Assembly: GCA_965237525.1 (NCBI GenBank)
Contig: CBDEFO010000008.1
Coordinates: 1,280,001 to 1,344,000, forward strand
Length of the DNA stretch: 64,000 nucleotides
Direction: 5' to 3'
From: Candidatus Latescibacterota bacterium
Lineage (GTDB): Bacteria > Latescibacterota > CBDEFO01
The first letter of the stretch is position 1. Every line of letters starts with the position of its first letter. A program made the translations under genes and the position numbers. Under the pieces are notes generated by a model. The model searched no databases. It was given only the letters and a program-made list of their open reading frames with translations, and was not told the DNA's origin. Shown here piece after piece: positions 10,701 through 20,758 of this stretch.

Positions 10701-12002
10701 ATGAGTCCAGAGCATCACCAGGTAATCATCGTTGGCGGGGGGCCTGGCGGGCTGCCGTTAGCTGTCGTCTTGGGTGGTTTGCACCCCTACTATCGTAGTA
10801 GCCGCATCTTCGTCGAGCGCTACAGACCACTGGCGGACTATCTGAGCCAGGTCCAGGGCACACTGCTGGGACTGGATTTCAAGGAGCTGGCACGAGCCAA
10901 TTTAGCCCCCGTAGATCTGTTTCACCTCCTGCATCACTCGCAGCAGCTCTTCGAGGAGCTGGGACAGATCGCTATGGAGTTTCGGCAACAGGAACCACTG
11001 GACTACCTGTTGATCACCCAGGAAGAGGTCGGCGGGCTCTGGAACAACGCACCCCAAAACCTGCTGACACTGTCACCGGGGCAGTGGATGGAATTCGCAT
11101 TCTATCCTCTGGCCCAGCACGTCCAGGAGGAAGGTATCTGCCTGGATGTGAACGAACTGATCGTCAAGCACCGTCTGATCGATTATTATCACAGGGTTCC
11201 CACACGCTTTCATCAGGAACAACACATCCACACCTACGAGAAGGTCACGTGCATCCAGCCGCACGAAAAAGGGTTCATGGTGACGAGCCGCGACGTGGGT
11301 ACCGAGACCACACACCGCTACACATGTAAGTACCTGGTCTATGCTGTGGGCCAGCGATGCATTTTGCGCAATCTCGACGTGCCGGGAGAGGACCTGGACT
11401 TTGTGACCTCATACTACGACAAGCCAGAGGATTTCCCGGGCGAGCGCGTCTTGGTGGTGGGCGGTGGGCGCTCGGCCGACTGGGCGGCGACCGAGCTGCA
11501 TGATGCCGACAAGCACGTCTACTATGTGATGCGGCAATCCCCGGAGCATCACTGGACCCTGATAAACCAAAGCCGCCACGGCCTGCCCTACTACGCCCGG
11601 ATCGCTGAGATTCTGGAGAGCCGGTCATCCAGGATAGACGCGCTCTACCGGACCCAAATTCGGAGGATCGAACGAGGCAACGCAGGCGGCCTGGTGACCG
11701 TGGCAACAAACGGGTCTAAGAGCACGCTGGAGGTGAACCACGTAATCAAGGAGATTGGCGGCATTGCCGACTATTCCGTCTTCCAGGGATTCCCGCCGCT
11801 GCAGCTCTACGAGAAGTACGATAACTACCGCTTCCAGGTGCACCAGGTACACACCCATCAACATAACTACGAGTCGGTGGACACCCCCAATCTTTATATG
11901 GGCGGCTACCTTGCGGCTGGGCTTGGCCTGCTGGTAATAGCAATGCACGGCACCACCTACGCCATTGCCGGGGATATCCTGAAGAAGGAAGGTCGGCTGT
12001 AA
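10701..12002 (+). CDS. FAD/NAD(P)-dependent oxidoreductase (OSGIN-like / pyridine nucleotide-disulfide fold)
   Basis: VIIVGGGPGG FAD motif, VLVVGGGRSAD NAD(P) motif, GGLWN and NLYMGG. Confidence 0.75.
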   Translation: MSPEHHQVIIVGGGPGGLPLAVVLGGLHPYYRSSRIFVERYRPLADYLSQVQGTLLGLDFKELARANLAPVDLFHLLHHSQQLFEELGQIAMEFRQQEPLDYLLITQEEVGGLWNNAPQNLLTLSPGQWMEFAFYPLAQHVQEEGICLDVNELIVKHRLIDYYHRVPTRFHQEQHIHTYEKVTCIQPHEKGFMVTSRDVGTETTHRYTCKYLVYAVGQRCILRNLDVPGEDLDFVTSYYDKPEDFPGERVLVVGGGRSADWAATELHDADKHVYYVMRQSPEHHWTLINQSRHGLPYYARIAEILESRSSRIDALYRTQIRRIERGNAGGLVTVATNGSKSTLEVNHVIKEIGGIADYSVFQGFPPLQLYEKYDNYRFQVHQVHTHQHNYESVDTPNLYMGGYLAAGLGLLVIAMHGTTYAIAGDILKKEGRL

Positions 12003-12288
12003 TAAGAATAAACAACAGTAACTTGAAGTAATATTTAGCGCTCCGATTCGCACACCTGTTTCGGATGGTACAACCCTCGGGTCTCCATAAAGTCTCCATA
12101 GATTTGAAGAGGTTTCTGTCCTGTTAATATGTGAGGAACGCGCTGCATGTGAGTCAATGGCCTGAAGAGGCGGCTCTTCGAAACCGATGCCGTTCCCGCC
12201 GGCTTCAAGCTCGTCCGGATAATCTGGAATCCTGAACGATCAGTCGCGAACCTTCCGAGAGCAGTGGGCTGAGGCAAGCGCTTCTTAG

Positions 12289-12536
12289 CCCGAATAATTC
12301 ACAAAAAAAGGCCGTGTATTAATTAAGGGATTGTATTATATTATAGTTATGACGTTTAACCACCTCGGTGTCATTGCGAGCCGGAGGCGAAGCAATCCCC
12401 CCGATAGATTTAATCGGGGGTTACTGTGGTAGATCTAATACTCTCCGGCTCTCATAGGAAACCACTATAAAACCTTGAGATTGCTTCGTCGCTTTGCTCC
12501 TCGCAATGACTCCACCAAGTTTATGAATTAATCGGG
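12289..12536 (+). mobile_element. MITE copy 1 (248 bp) carrying GTCATTGCGAG-type hairpins and one 19-bp micro-palindrome
   Basis: Ends CCCGAATAATTCA...TGAATTAATCGGG; TTAG on both sides (12285-12288, 12537-12540); near-identical inverted copy at 31251-31520. Confidence 0.85.
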
Positions 12537-12777
12537 TTAGATAAATACCTTTACACCTGTTGTCTTTCAGAAGAACTCATCGAAGCCAGACCGGTAGAGT
12601 GGAGTGCGGGGAGTTATCTCAGGCTAAGTGGCAAACGACTCAACGATATGTTGAAAGGCCTCCAAAGCCAATTGTCTTGCTGGTACAGATGTGAGAGGGA
12701 CGGCTGCAGTTTTGGCAAGGGTCTATACGTGGGAGCATGCTGTACAACCTGTGCATTTAAACGATGGATAGAGAAAC

Positions 12778-13878
12778 ATGAATAGAGCTACACCAGGACT
12801 CGGCCGAGGTGAGAGAGCTTCGGATTTCGTTCTCCTCTATCAGGATGGCACGCCTACGCGTTTCTACGCCAGGGCAGGAGGAAGCCCCTCCGTACTCCTC
12901 TTCTATGATGACGATGAACTGGACCAGTTGCTGCGCTTTTGTGATGCTCTCAACGACTCTGCCTCCGGCGCAGTCTCTATCTTCACGGTTCGGGGGGGAC
13001 AATTGGGGGAAGAGGAGCGTGACAATCCACAGGTCAGCCGGCAGGTCTCCGGCGAGGGAGAGATGCCCTGTCCAGTTTTCTGGGACACAGAGGGAATCGT
13101 GAGGAGAGCGTATCGTCTGGCCCCTGAAGAAACAGCAACCGTCTTTGTGCTGGATCCCAACCTGCGGGTGTTGGCGTCGCTCTGCCTGCAGGAGCCCGGC
13201 TCCACAGCGCAAAAGGTCATCTCTATCCTCGACGACTCGCTGCCCCAGGTCGTAGCCATGGAGATCAAGACCCAGGCTCCTGTTCTCCTAGTACCCAATG
13301 TGCTCGACCAGGAGATCTGCCAGTACCTGATCGACGTCTGGGAGACTCAGGGCAACATCGAGACAGGCGTCGAGCAGTCATACGAGGACCGGCGTCAGGA
13401 AACTATCAGCCCTGACAGCAAGCGCAGGCGTGATCACATCGTAAACGATAAGAAACTCTTGAGACTCCTTTCATCTACGGTCGGGAGCCGGTTGATGCCT
13501 GAGGTGCAAAGGGCCTTTGCGTTCAAGGCCACACGCTTTGAAGGCTTCAAGATCGCCTGCTATGACGCCGCAGCGGGCGGCTTTTTCCACGCCCACCGCG
13601 ACAATCTGAGCCCTTCCACCGCTCACCGCCGCTTCGCCCTGACCTTGAACCTGAACGAGGGCTACGAGGGCGGGCACCTGCGGTTTCCGGAGTACGGGCC
13701 TCACCTCTACCGCCCGGAGGCCGGCGGAGCACTCGTGTTCTCCTGCTCGCTCCTCCACGAAGTGACAGAGGTGGAGGTGGGACGGCGCTTCGCGCTCCTC
13801 TCGTTTCTCTTTGGCCAGGAGGATGTCGCCACCTCCCGAGCAGAGTCTAAGGGCAAATCTTCCACGCAGCAGCAGTAA
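12778..13878 (+). CDS. Redoxin-like domain fused to a 2OG-Fe(II) oxygenase
   Basis: N-terminal ASDFVL...TVFVLDPNLRV (AhpC/TSA-like); C-terminal FHAHRDN, GYEGGHLRFPEYG, LLHEV and GRRF. Confidence 0.85.
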   Translation: MNRATPGLGRGERASDFVLLYQDGTPTRFYARAGGSPSVLLFYDDDELDQLLRFCDALNDSASGAVSIFTVRGGQLGEEERDNPQVSRQVSGEGEMPCPVFWDTEGIVRRAYRLAPEETATVFVLDPNLRVLASLCLQEPGSTAQKVISILDDSLPQVVAMEIKTQAPVLLVPNVLDQEICQYLIDVWETQGNIETGVEQSYEDRRQETISPDSKRRRDHIVNDKKLLRLLSSTVGSRLMPEVQRAFAFKATRFEGFKIACYDAAAGGFFHAHRDNLSPSTAHRRFALTLNLNEGYEGGHLRFPEYGPHLYRPEAGGALVFSCSLLHEVTEVEVGRRFALLSFLFGQEDVATSRAESKGKSSTQQQ

Positions 13879-14033
13879 TTACTGTCTGGACGACCTCTCA
13901 GTGTCAGTCCTTTTGCTCAATAGCAACCAGTAACCTTCTGAATCTGTCAGTCCAGCCAACGAGGCGCTTGCGTCCAGGTGTTGTGCATTTACAAGTGCGT
14001 ATGTGCCCAGCATCAAATCAGATATATCTCTTA

Positions 14034-15224
14034 TCAATCTCTGGAAAGGCGAAACGGATCCAGCAACATCGATGAATTTCCGGTCGTAATCAGTTCGCCG
14101 ATCAGCTTGCCCGTAATCGGAGCGAGGAGTATGCCATTTTTGAAATGCCCTGATGCAACAATAACGTTGTCGAAGCCTGGAACTTTTCCCAGATAAGGCT
14201 TATCCTTTGCGTAGGGGCGCAATCCCGCCCATGTCTGAACGAATGTTTTCTTCCCAAGCTCCGGGACCAGTGCAATTCCGGCCTCTACCATCTGCTGCAC
14301 ACCTTCCAGAGTTGTGCGCTTGTCGAATCCCACAAATTCGAGTGTCGCGCCAATCAGAATCTTTCCATCGGATCGAGAAACGATGGAAACGGCAGGCCCC
14401 TCAATCGTATGGCCCAGGATGGGAGGCATCGCTTCGGCCAGCACAATCTGTCCGCGAGCAGGTTTGATCGGCAACTGATAGCCGAATAGCTCCGCAACCT
14501 TGCCCGACCAACAACCAGCAGCAATTACGATCGTATCTGCCCGGATGGTTTCGCCATTAACCTCAACGCTGACGATACGATCGTTTTCTTTCAGGAACCC
14601 GGTGACAGGATTCGCAAGTAGAAACTGCGCTCCCAAGAGTGAGGCTCCTGTGGCAAGCGCCTTGACCAGTTTCGGATTGCGGACGTGAGCATCACCAGGA
14701 AAACGAACGCCGCCAATAACCGCTGCCGAGATAGCAGGCTCCAATTCCTGTACTTGTTCTGTTGTCAACATCTCCGCTTCAAATCCACGAGCAATACGCC
14801 GCTCCGCCAACCCAATCAATTCGCGCCGATGCTCTTCGTCAAAAAATACGGCGATCGACCCCGATTGGATGAACTCAATATCAATTCGCGTTTGTTCCCT
14901 TAATTCTTCTGCCAATGACGGAAAAATCGCGAGGCTCTCCCGACAAAGCTCAGCGTACGGTTCTCGGGTGCAGGCGCGAGACGCCAGGATCCCAGCTCCT
15001 GCCCACGACGCCTCCCGACCAACGCCCTCCGCTCTGTCGATAACCAGCGTCTTTACCTGCGCCCTGGACAGATTGTAGGCGATAGCACATCCGATCACAC
15101 CGCCACCAACGATAATAACATCCGCTTTGTTTGCGCTCAAAACTTGCTTCCCAAAATCGTAGCCACCGTAGAAAAAGTGCTTTCCAAAACCAAGTGCAGT
15201 ACCCGATTGATTTCCATATCTCAT
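14034..15224 (-). CDS. thiO: Glycine oxidase ThiO / DAO family (true start probably ~15140)
   Basis: IVGGGVIGCAIAY, EASWAGAGIL, PARGQI, WAGLRP and GHFKNGILLAPITG motifs. Confidence 0.8.
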   Translation of the reverse strand: MRYGNQSGTALGFGKHFFYGGYDFGKQVLSANKADVIIVGGGVIGCAIAYNLSRAQVKTLVIDRAEGVGREASWAGAGILASRACTREPYAELCRESLAIFPSLAEELREQTRIDIEFIQSGSIAVFFDEEHRRELIGLAERRIARGFEAEMLTTEQVQELEPAISAAVIGGVRFPGDAHVRNPKLVKALATGASLLGAQFLLANPVTGFLKENDRIVSVEVNGETIRADTIVIAAGCWSGKVAELFGYQLPIKPARGQIVLAEAMPPILGHTIEGPAVSIVSRSDGKILIGATLEFVGFDKRTTLEGVQQMVEAGIALVPELGKKTFVQTWAGLRPYAKDKPYLGKVPGFDNVIVASGHFKNGILLAPITGKLIGELITTGNSSMLLDPFRLSRD

Positions 15225-15413
15225 TGATATGACAAAATGTCAGCCCCTGCGCGATGCGTTGCGACCTGCAAGTTATCATTTTTCTGCCAGTGAACCATTA
15301 CTTATTGCGCGGCGCAGCGACGGGACTCCAGCGGTACATACTGCGACCTGGTGAGTCCGCCGTACCAGTGCGCGCCACTCCTGTCTTGGCGTCATCAGCG
15401 CTCAACGGCAAAG

Positions 15414-15790
15414 CTATGGCTTGTCTAGGGGCTGCAGGTGGTACAGACGCGCCCTGAAGGTCCGCTTCAGGTTTACCGCCGAACGATCGTCTTCTTAAGT
15501 CCAGATGGACGACGACTTGTTCAGTGAACAGGTCGGTGACTTGTAACTGCTTCTGGCCGCCACGGATACAGTTACCTGTCCTGGATTCGGTGAGTAGTCC
15601 GACACCAGGAGCACGCTTTCTTCACCTACTTTACTTGCAAGCAGATTGACCGAGGCACTATCGCATGCGTAGCCGTCCTGGACGGGGCCGTCCAAGATTA
15701 TGTCTTCCACTGGGGCGAACATCTTGACGACTGCGGAATAAGTACTGACGGTCTTGAAATCCATCCTAACCTTTAAGGAGAGTGAAACCA
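15414..15790 (-). pseudogene. Frameshifted C-terminal gene remnant of unknown function
   Basis: Protein-like frames ...VLLVSDYSPNPGQVTVSV / VTDLFTEQVV / FRARLYHLQP* appear to join across frameshifts; no N-terminus visible. Confidence 0.35.
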
Positions 15791-16277
15791 CGTCGGCGCC
15801 CGCGGGCGGGGCTTCAAACTCCGCCATTGGGAGATGCCCCCTTCCTCCCCCGATGGCATTCATCCGCCACTCACAAGTGGCGGTATTCTGCCAAATTTTT
15901 ATAAATGAGGCCATGTTTTGCCAAGCCAATCTTTTTCAAGCCGTTGCAGATCTTCAAGCATCATTCTTGAGATGCTCGGATCAAAAAAATCCGGATATGA
16001 CATATTCTTGAACGTCTCACTCGGCATAGTATCGATCCCCAAGGTATTTCCGTTTTAGCTGAGGAGTGTCCGAAAATAACAATCTCGAAGAATTCTGACT
16101 CGATTTTGGCCTTTCTTTTAGGAAGGCCTGAGACACCGTCAAAACTGCCTGACACGACCGACTGTTGTTATTTTCATAGATAACACGTCCTTCTCAAAGA
16201 ACCCGAGTCACGAGCATCTTCACACAGCACATTCTGTGCTTCAGACAGGCGACGAAATGTCACGCATTGTACTGCTG

Positions 16278-17192
16278 CTATTCCTTCGGCGCATCCTCCA
16301 GAATAGTATCGATCCGAGCTAACTCATCATCGCTGAACGTCACGCCGACTGCCCCGACGTGTTCTTCGATCTGATCTGGGTTCCTCGCTCCTACAAGAGC
16401 ACAGGTGACGGGGGGCAGACGCAGAAGCCAACTGATGCCAAGCTGGACGAGGCTCAAGCCCTTATCGTAAGCGACCTCTTGGAGCCGTTCGGCAACCGCA
16501 AGGTACTGCGCGAAAGTTTCGCCCTGGAAGTTGCGTCTGCTCGGATCGGAGCGTTCGTCGTCCTTGGGGAATTTATGATCAGGCTTGTAGCGACCTGTGA
16601 GCAAGCCTTTCGCCAGCGAGCTGTGCGCGAGGATACCTATGCCCGTGCGCTGGCAATAGGAGATGTCCTCAGCTTCAATCTGGCGGTTGAACATGTTGTA
16701 GCCCGGTTGGTTTGAGTGAAACGGCGCAATCTTGAGCGCCTGCTGCATCTGCTCGGCGTTGAAGTTGGAGACGCCGATGTAGCGCGTCTTGCCCTGTTCC
16801 ACAAGCTTGGCCATAGTCTCCATGCTTTCGGCGATAGGATAGGTCGGATTCCAGCCGTGGATCTGATACAGGTCAACGTAGTCCACGTCCAACTTGCGCA
16901 AGCTGTTCTCCATCGCTGATAAAATATCCTCTCGAGAGTAGTTGGTGCTGACTTTTGTGGCCAGAAAGCAGCGCTCGCGGTAGCCGCCCTTCAAGGCCTT
17001 GCCGATGATTTCTTCGCTGTTGTAATACGCCTGCGCGGTATCTATCAGCGTGACGCCGTTGTCAATAGCAGCGCGCACAGTGGCGATTGCCGTTTCCCCG
17101 TCCACGTGTCCCATTCCACCGGCGACCGCCCAGGCGCCGAAGCCGATAACCGGTACTTCAGGACCATCTTTGCCAAGTTCACGATATTGCAT
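16278..17192 (-). CDS. Aldo/keto reductase
   Basis: IGFGAWA, IDTAQAY, LATKV, DYVDLYQIH, IGVSNF and LAKGLLTG motifs. Confidence 0.92.
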   Translation of the reverse strand: MQYRELGKDGPEVPVIGFGAWAVAGGMGHVDGETAIATVRAAIDNGVTLIDTAQAYYNSEEIIGKALKGGYRERCFLATKVSTNYSREDILSAMENSLRKLDVDYVDLYQIHGWNPTYPIAESMETMAKLVEQGKTRYIGVSNFNAEQMQQALKIAPFHSNQPGYNMFNRQIEAEDISYCQRTGIGILAHSSLAKGLLTGRYKPDHKFPKDDERSDPSRRNFQGETFAQYLAVAERLQEVAYDKGLSLVQLGISWLLRLPPVTCALVGARNPDQIEEHVGAVGVTFSDDELARIDTILEDAPKE

Positions 17193-17220
17193 TATTCATA
17201 CCCTTTCCAACTCTCAGCCC

Positions 17221-18846
17221 CTATTTGGAGAGAGAAAGTATCAACTCTATGAGTTTTGCCCGTATCTGACTGAATTCGGCTGCGGCGATTTCCGGACATT
17301 GGCTGTAGAGGTCGCGCTCGTCCCAGCGCTCCGAAGGCTCCGGTCGGTCGGCGTCCGTGTTCCACCTGACCCGACTCGCCAGTTTTTCCAGCCAGACCCG
17401 GGCCTCTTCGGCTGCCCGAGATCCTGATTGCTCGGAGAGGAGCTTTTCCAGTGCGCACAGATAGCGATAGTCTTTGATGCCTTCGCGGCGGGTTTCCCAA
17501 CCGACCGATGACACCGGACCGGTGTCACTGGGGAGGACGTAGTTGAAGGGCGTGCATCGCTCTTTTTCCCAGCCGATCGGCTCATAGTCAGTGTAGCACC
17601 ATAGGAAGTTTCCTTTCAGACCCAGCGCCCAGGTGTAGAGCCCCGGGTAGAAGCGGTTGAAAGTCGGATTCGTGCCGCGGTGACAGCAGTCGTATGTCCA
17701 CATCTCCGCTCCAACCTCCCCCACCAGCGCTTTGAGTTCCTGGTCGATCCCCCCGTTGTGGACGACCCAGACGTCCAGTTGTTTGGAGAAATACCTTGCA
17801 GATTCGAAGCTAATAGCCGTTACCAGGCGGCAGCCGGGCCGAAATCGCTGAAGCCGATTGAACTCGTCTATGCAATCTGGACCGCGCTCGCCAGTATAGG
17901 CCGGCTCGTCTGGGGCATATATTAGGAGCTCTGGCCAGCCTCGCCTTCGGCACTCTGTCTGCAACAAAGCTGTGAACTTTTTGGCAGCCGGTTCGTCAAG
18001 CCTTCCTATGCCCCCTAACAACATCACCGGAATCTCGGGATGAATGAGTCCATCTGCGAGCATCTCTTCGATAATTTCTGTCGTCCGTTTCCCCTCCAGC
18101 CGCAATTCTCCGGAATCATCGCAGATTGAGTCGGGCGCATATACCGTCGCACTGGTGTGGTCGTGAGCAGCCATGTCCCGATAGTACTGTCGCATGAGGG
18201 CTTTCTCTTGGTATCTTTCGTCCAATGTACGCGGACGAAAATACATACCGTACGCAATCTGTGCAGGCGGCAGTGAAATGGGCAACACTGTGATGGAAAA
18301 GGGAAGCAGGACGCGCGGCAGCTCATGCCGTTCATAATGAGAATCCACTCTGCCGCGCTCGTGCAGCAGCAGCGACAGCTTTCCCTCGTAGACGCCCGCC
18401 GGCGTTCCTTGGGGCACACGGACGGTCAACCAATAAACCGTGTTCTTTCCGGCCTCGATGCGGGTGGTAGCTTGACGCGGCAGCCAATACGGAATGCCCA
18501 TTCGTCTCCTCCCCTGGGTGGGAGCCTTCGGCACTACTCTCTCCTGAAATTCGGATGCCATTATGTCAATCGGAAATTCGCACTCCTCAACCTCCAGAGT
18601 AACCATACCAGCATCCCGCAAGCCCCAGATTCCCAGTACGAGCGGCTCAGATTCACCTGCTGCCGTCTGGCAGACTGACGCTCTTCTTAGGTCTGATGAT
18701 GACGGAGGTTGCTTTTCAAAGAACGGCGTTGTATAGTCCCCCCACCAGATAGCGTGCCCCTCCTTCCACTGGCGCTGACTGAATTCGGGCGCCTGCCCGA
18801 ATGGTGGCAACACTCTTACGTTATCTGAGCCCTTTCGCTTCGCCAT
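17221..18846 (-). CDS. Glycoside hydrolase GH123-like / DUF4091 domain protein
   Basis: YWLTVRVP..TPAGVYEG, YAPDEP and SVGWETRREGIKDYRYL motifs. Confidence 0.65.
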   Translation of the reverse strand: MAKRKGSDNVRVLPPFGQAPEFSQRQWKEGHAIWWGDYTTPFFEKQPPSSSDLRRASVCQTAAGESEPLVLGIWGLRDAGMVTLEVEECEFPIDIMASEFQERVVPKAPTQGRRRMGIPYWLPRQATTRIEAGKNTVYWLTVRVPQGTPAGVYEGKLSLLLHERGRVDSHYERHELPRVLLPFSITVLPISLPPAQIAYGMYFRPRTLDERYQEKALMRQYYRDMAAHDHTSATVYAPDSICDDSGELRLEGKRTTEIIEEMLADGLIHPEIPVMLLGGIGRLDEPAAKKFTALLQTECRRRGWPELLIYAPDEPAYTGERGPDCIDEFNRLQRFRPGCRLVTAISFESARYFSKQLDVWVVHNGGIDQELKALVGEVGAEMWTYDCCHRGTNPTFNRFYPGLYTWALGLKGNFLWCYTDYEPIGWEKERCTPFNYVLPSDTGPVSSVGWETRREGIKDYRYLCALEKLLSEQSGSRAAEEARVWLEKLASRVRWNTDADRPEPSERWDERDLYSQCPEIAAAEFSQIRAKLIELILSLSK

Positions 18847-19037
18847 GATTCCTCCTTTAGGTAATATTAACCTGACAATCTTCAACTACAGAGCTACTGT
18901 ATTCGGTCTGTCATTGCTTTGGCGGTCAAAAGTATCGGCGCAGAAGAGATTTCTGACGCATGCAATCTCTCCTGGCCAGGTATAAGGTACTTTTTCTGTG
19001 TGGGGTATGTCAACAAGAAAATACCCACCTTGCTTAA

Positions 19038-20556
19038 AAGCCTTGTGAAATAGTTATGTCCCAGGCAGCGTCTGAAGCGCCGATTATGGGTCAAAGAGTA
19101 GCATATCGTATCGTTTTGCTGTGGAATAAGCAAAATAGTCTTATCAGAGTTCTGGTCAGCAAGGAATAGGAGCTGTTTGAAGAACAGGATGCACTGTCTT
19201 TGACAGACAGGGCACACATAGACGCTTTCCCCCTTCTTATGAAAGATACAAGCCTCTTGAGATTCTGTACTGTTGCAACAAGATTCAACTGTTCATTCAG
19301 TGAGGCTGGTCCTCTATAACGGGCTCGTCCCATACCGTGTTGTTGCCTGGCTTCAGCAAAGATATGTTCACTGCGTTTACGGAGTCTCCGGGAGAGTTTG
19401 TAGTCAGCTGTTAATGAGATAGACCGTGCATGATTTCTGGCTTTCGCCTCTCGCACTTTTCTATCCCGTTCGGCCTGAATATGTGCTGGATTTGTCTTGT
19501 TTTTCCATGTAGGAATCGGTTCAATCTTCTCATCGGCTCGCAGAGGAATATGGGGTATGATTCCCCGGTCAAGTACATCAGCGATAAAATTACCAGAACC
19601 GTAACCGGTATCGGCACTAAGTGTCTGAATGTCTTTGGGCATGGTGTATGTTTCAAGGTCATCTACCATCTTAAGGGCACTTTCGGGCTCTGCTGTCCCT
19701 GTCGCCTGCGTGCCCTGAGTCTCAAGGATTACTCTGCTTTTTGTGTCGATCAGATCATGGCCCATAAACGAGAGAAAAGCCCCTTTGCCCTTCGATTTGC
19801 TGTATAAGCGCGCGTCGGGGTCTGTAGTCGAACGGTGTGTTTGGTTCGTCCACTTTTCACCATGAAAGTCTTTATCCTGAGGATGCCCGGACCTACCCTT
19901 TGTCTTATCACCTTCAAAACCGATTCCCTTGAGATAATCATCAAGAGAAACAGGGGGTTCTATCGGCTCAATACTTTTCACTGAAGCATCAGCTTGTATC
20001 TGAGTGCCGTCGACACTAAGGTGTTTACCGCTCACAACACCGACATCTATGCAACACTGGACTACCTGACGCATTATCCGTTCAAACAACCCACTGGATG
20101 CCCACTTGTGATTGCGAAGCTTGTTGATCGTGCTCCTATCCGGAACCGCATCCTCAAATGTCTGATGACAAAACAACCGATATGCCGCATGCATCCCCAC
20201 TTCCTGACAGAGCCGATTCTCACTCAAATTATACAGATAGCCAATAAGGATCATTCGAACAACTAATTCAGGATCAATACCGGGTCTGCCATTGTCAGGG
20301 CAATAACAATCTGATACAACGTCTCGTACAAATGAAAAATCAACTGCCTCATCAATCTGACGAAGGATATGATCCTCGGGAACTAAATCCTCCATCTGAA
20401 AATAGTGAAACACCGGATTTGTCTGTTCCTGCTTTTGTGGGGTCATTGTTTCCTCCATGTATAATATTATCAATAACATAATATAATACATCGGAGCTGC
20501 TTTATCAATGCTTGTTCTATACTACTTTCTGAATCTAAGGGTTTTTCACAAGGCTT
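19038..20556 (-). mobile_element. IS1182-family insertion sequence, copy 2
   Basis: Same IRs as copy 1; TTAA on both sides (19034-19037, 20557-20560); near-identical to copy 1. Confidence 0.93.
19091..20491 (-). CDS. IS1182-family transposase
   Basis: Differs from 2050-3450 by only a few residues. Confidence 0.92.
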   Translation of the reverse strand: MYYIMLLIILYMEETMTPQKQEQTNPVFHYFQMEDLVPEDHILRQIDEAVDFSFVRDVVSDCYCPDNGRPGIDPELVVRMILIGYLYNLSENRLCQEVGMHAAYRLFCHQTFEDAVPDRSTINKLRNHKWASSGLFERIMRQVVQCCIDVGVVSGKHLSVDGTQIQADASVKSIEPIEPPVSLDDYLKGIGFEGDKTKGRSGHPQDKDFHGEKWTNQTHRSTTDPDARLYSKSKGKGAFLSFMGHDLIDTKSRVILETQGTQATGTAEPESALKMVDDLETYTMPKDIQTLSADTGYGSGNFIADVLDRGIIPHIPLRADEKIEPIPTWKNKTNPAHIQAERDRKVREAKARNHARSISLTADYKLSRRLRKRSEHIFAEARQQHGMGRARYRGPASLNEQLNLVATVQNLKRLVSFIRRGKASMCALSVKDSASCSSNSSYSLLTRTLIRLFCLFHSKTIRYATL

Positions 20557-20758
20557 TTAAAGTGGGTAATCTTTCCAGCTGGTGAGACTGGACTATCGAG
20601 CTTTGCCCAGAAAAAGAAGCACTTCTTCCCTCAGACCCATATAGAATCGTATCGACATGGTCACAGATTTTCCGTCAGCCGATATAAATACCAGTAAGAT
20701 ATTATCCTGACAACGGTAAATCGTGGTATTGAAACCTCTTCAACTACAGAGACCCATA

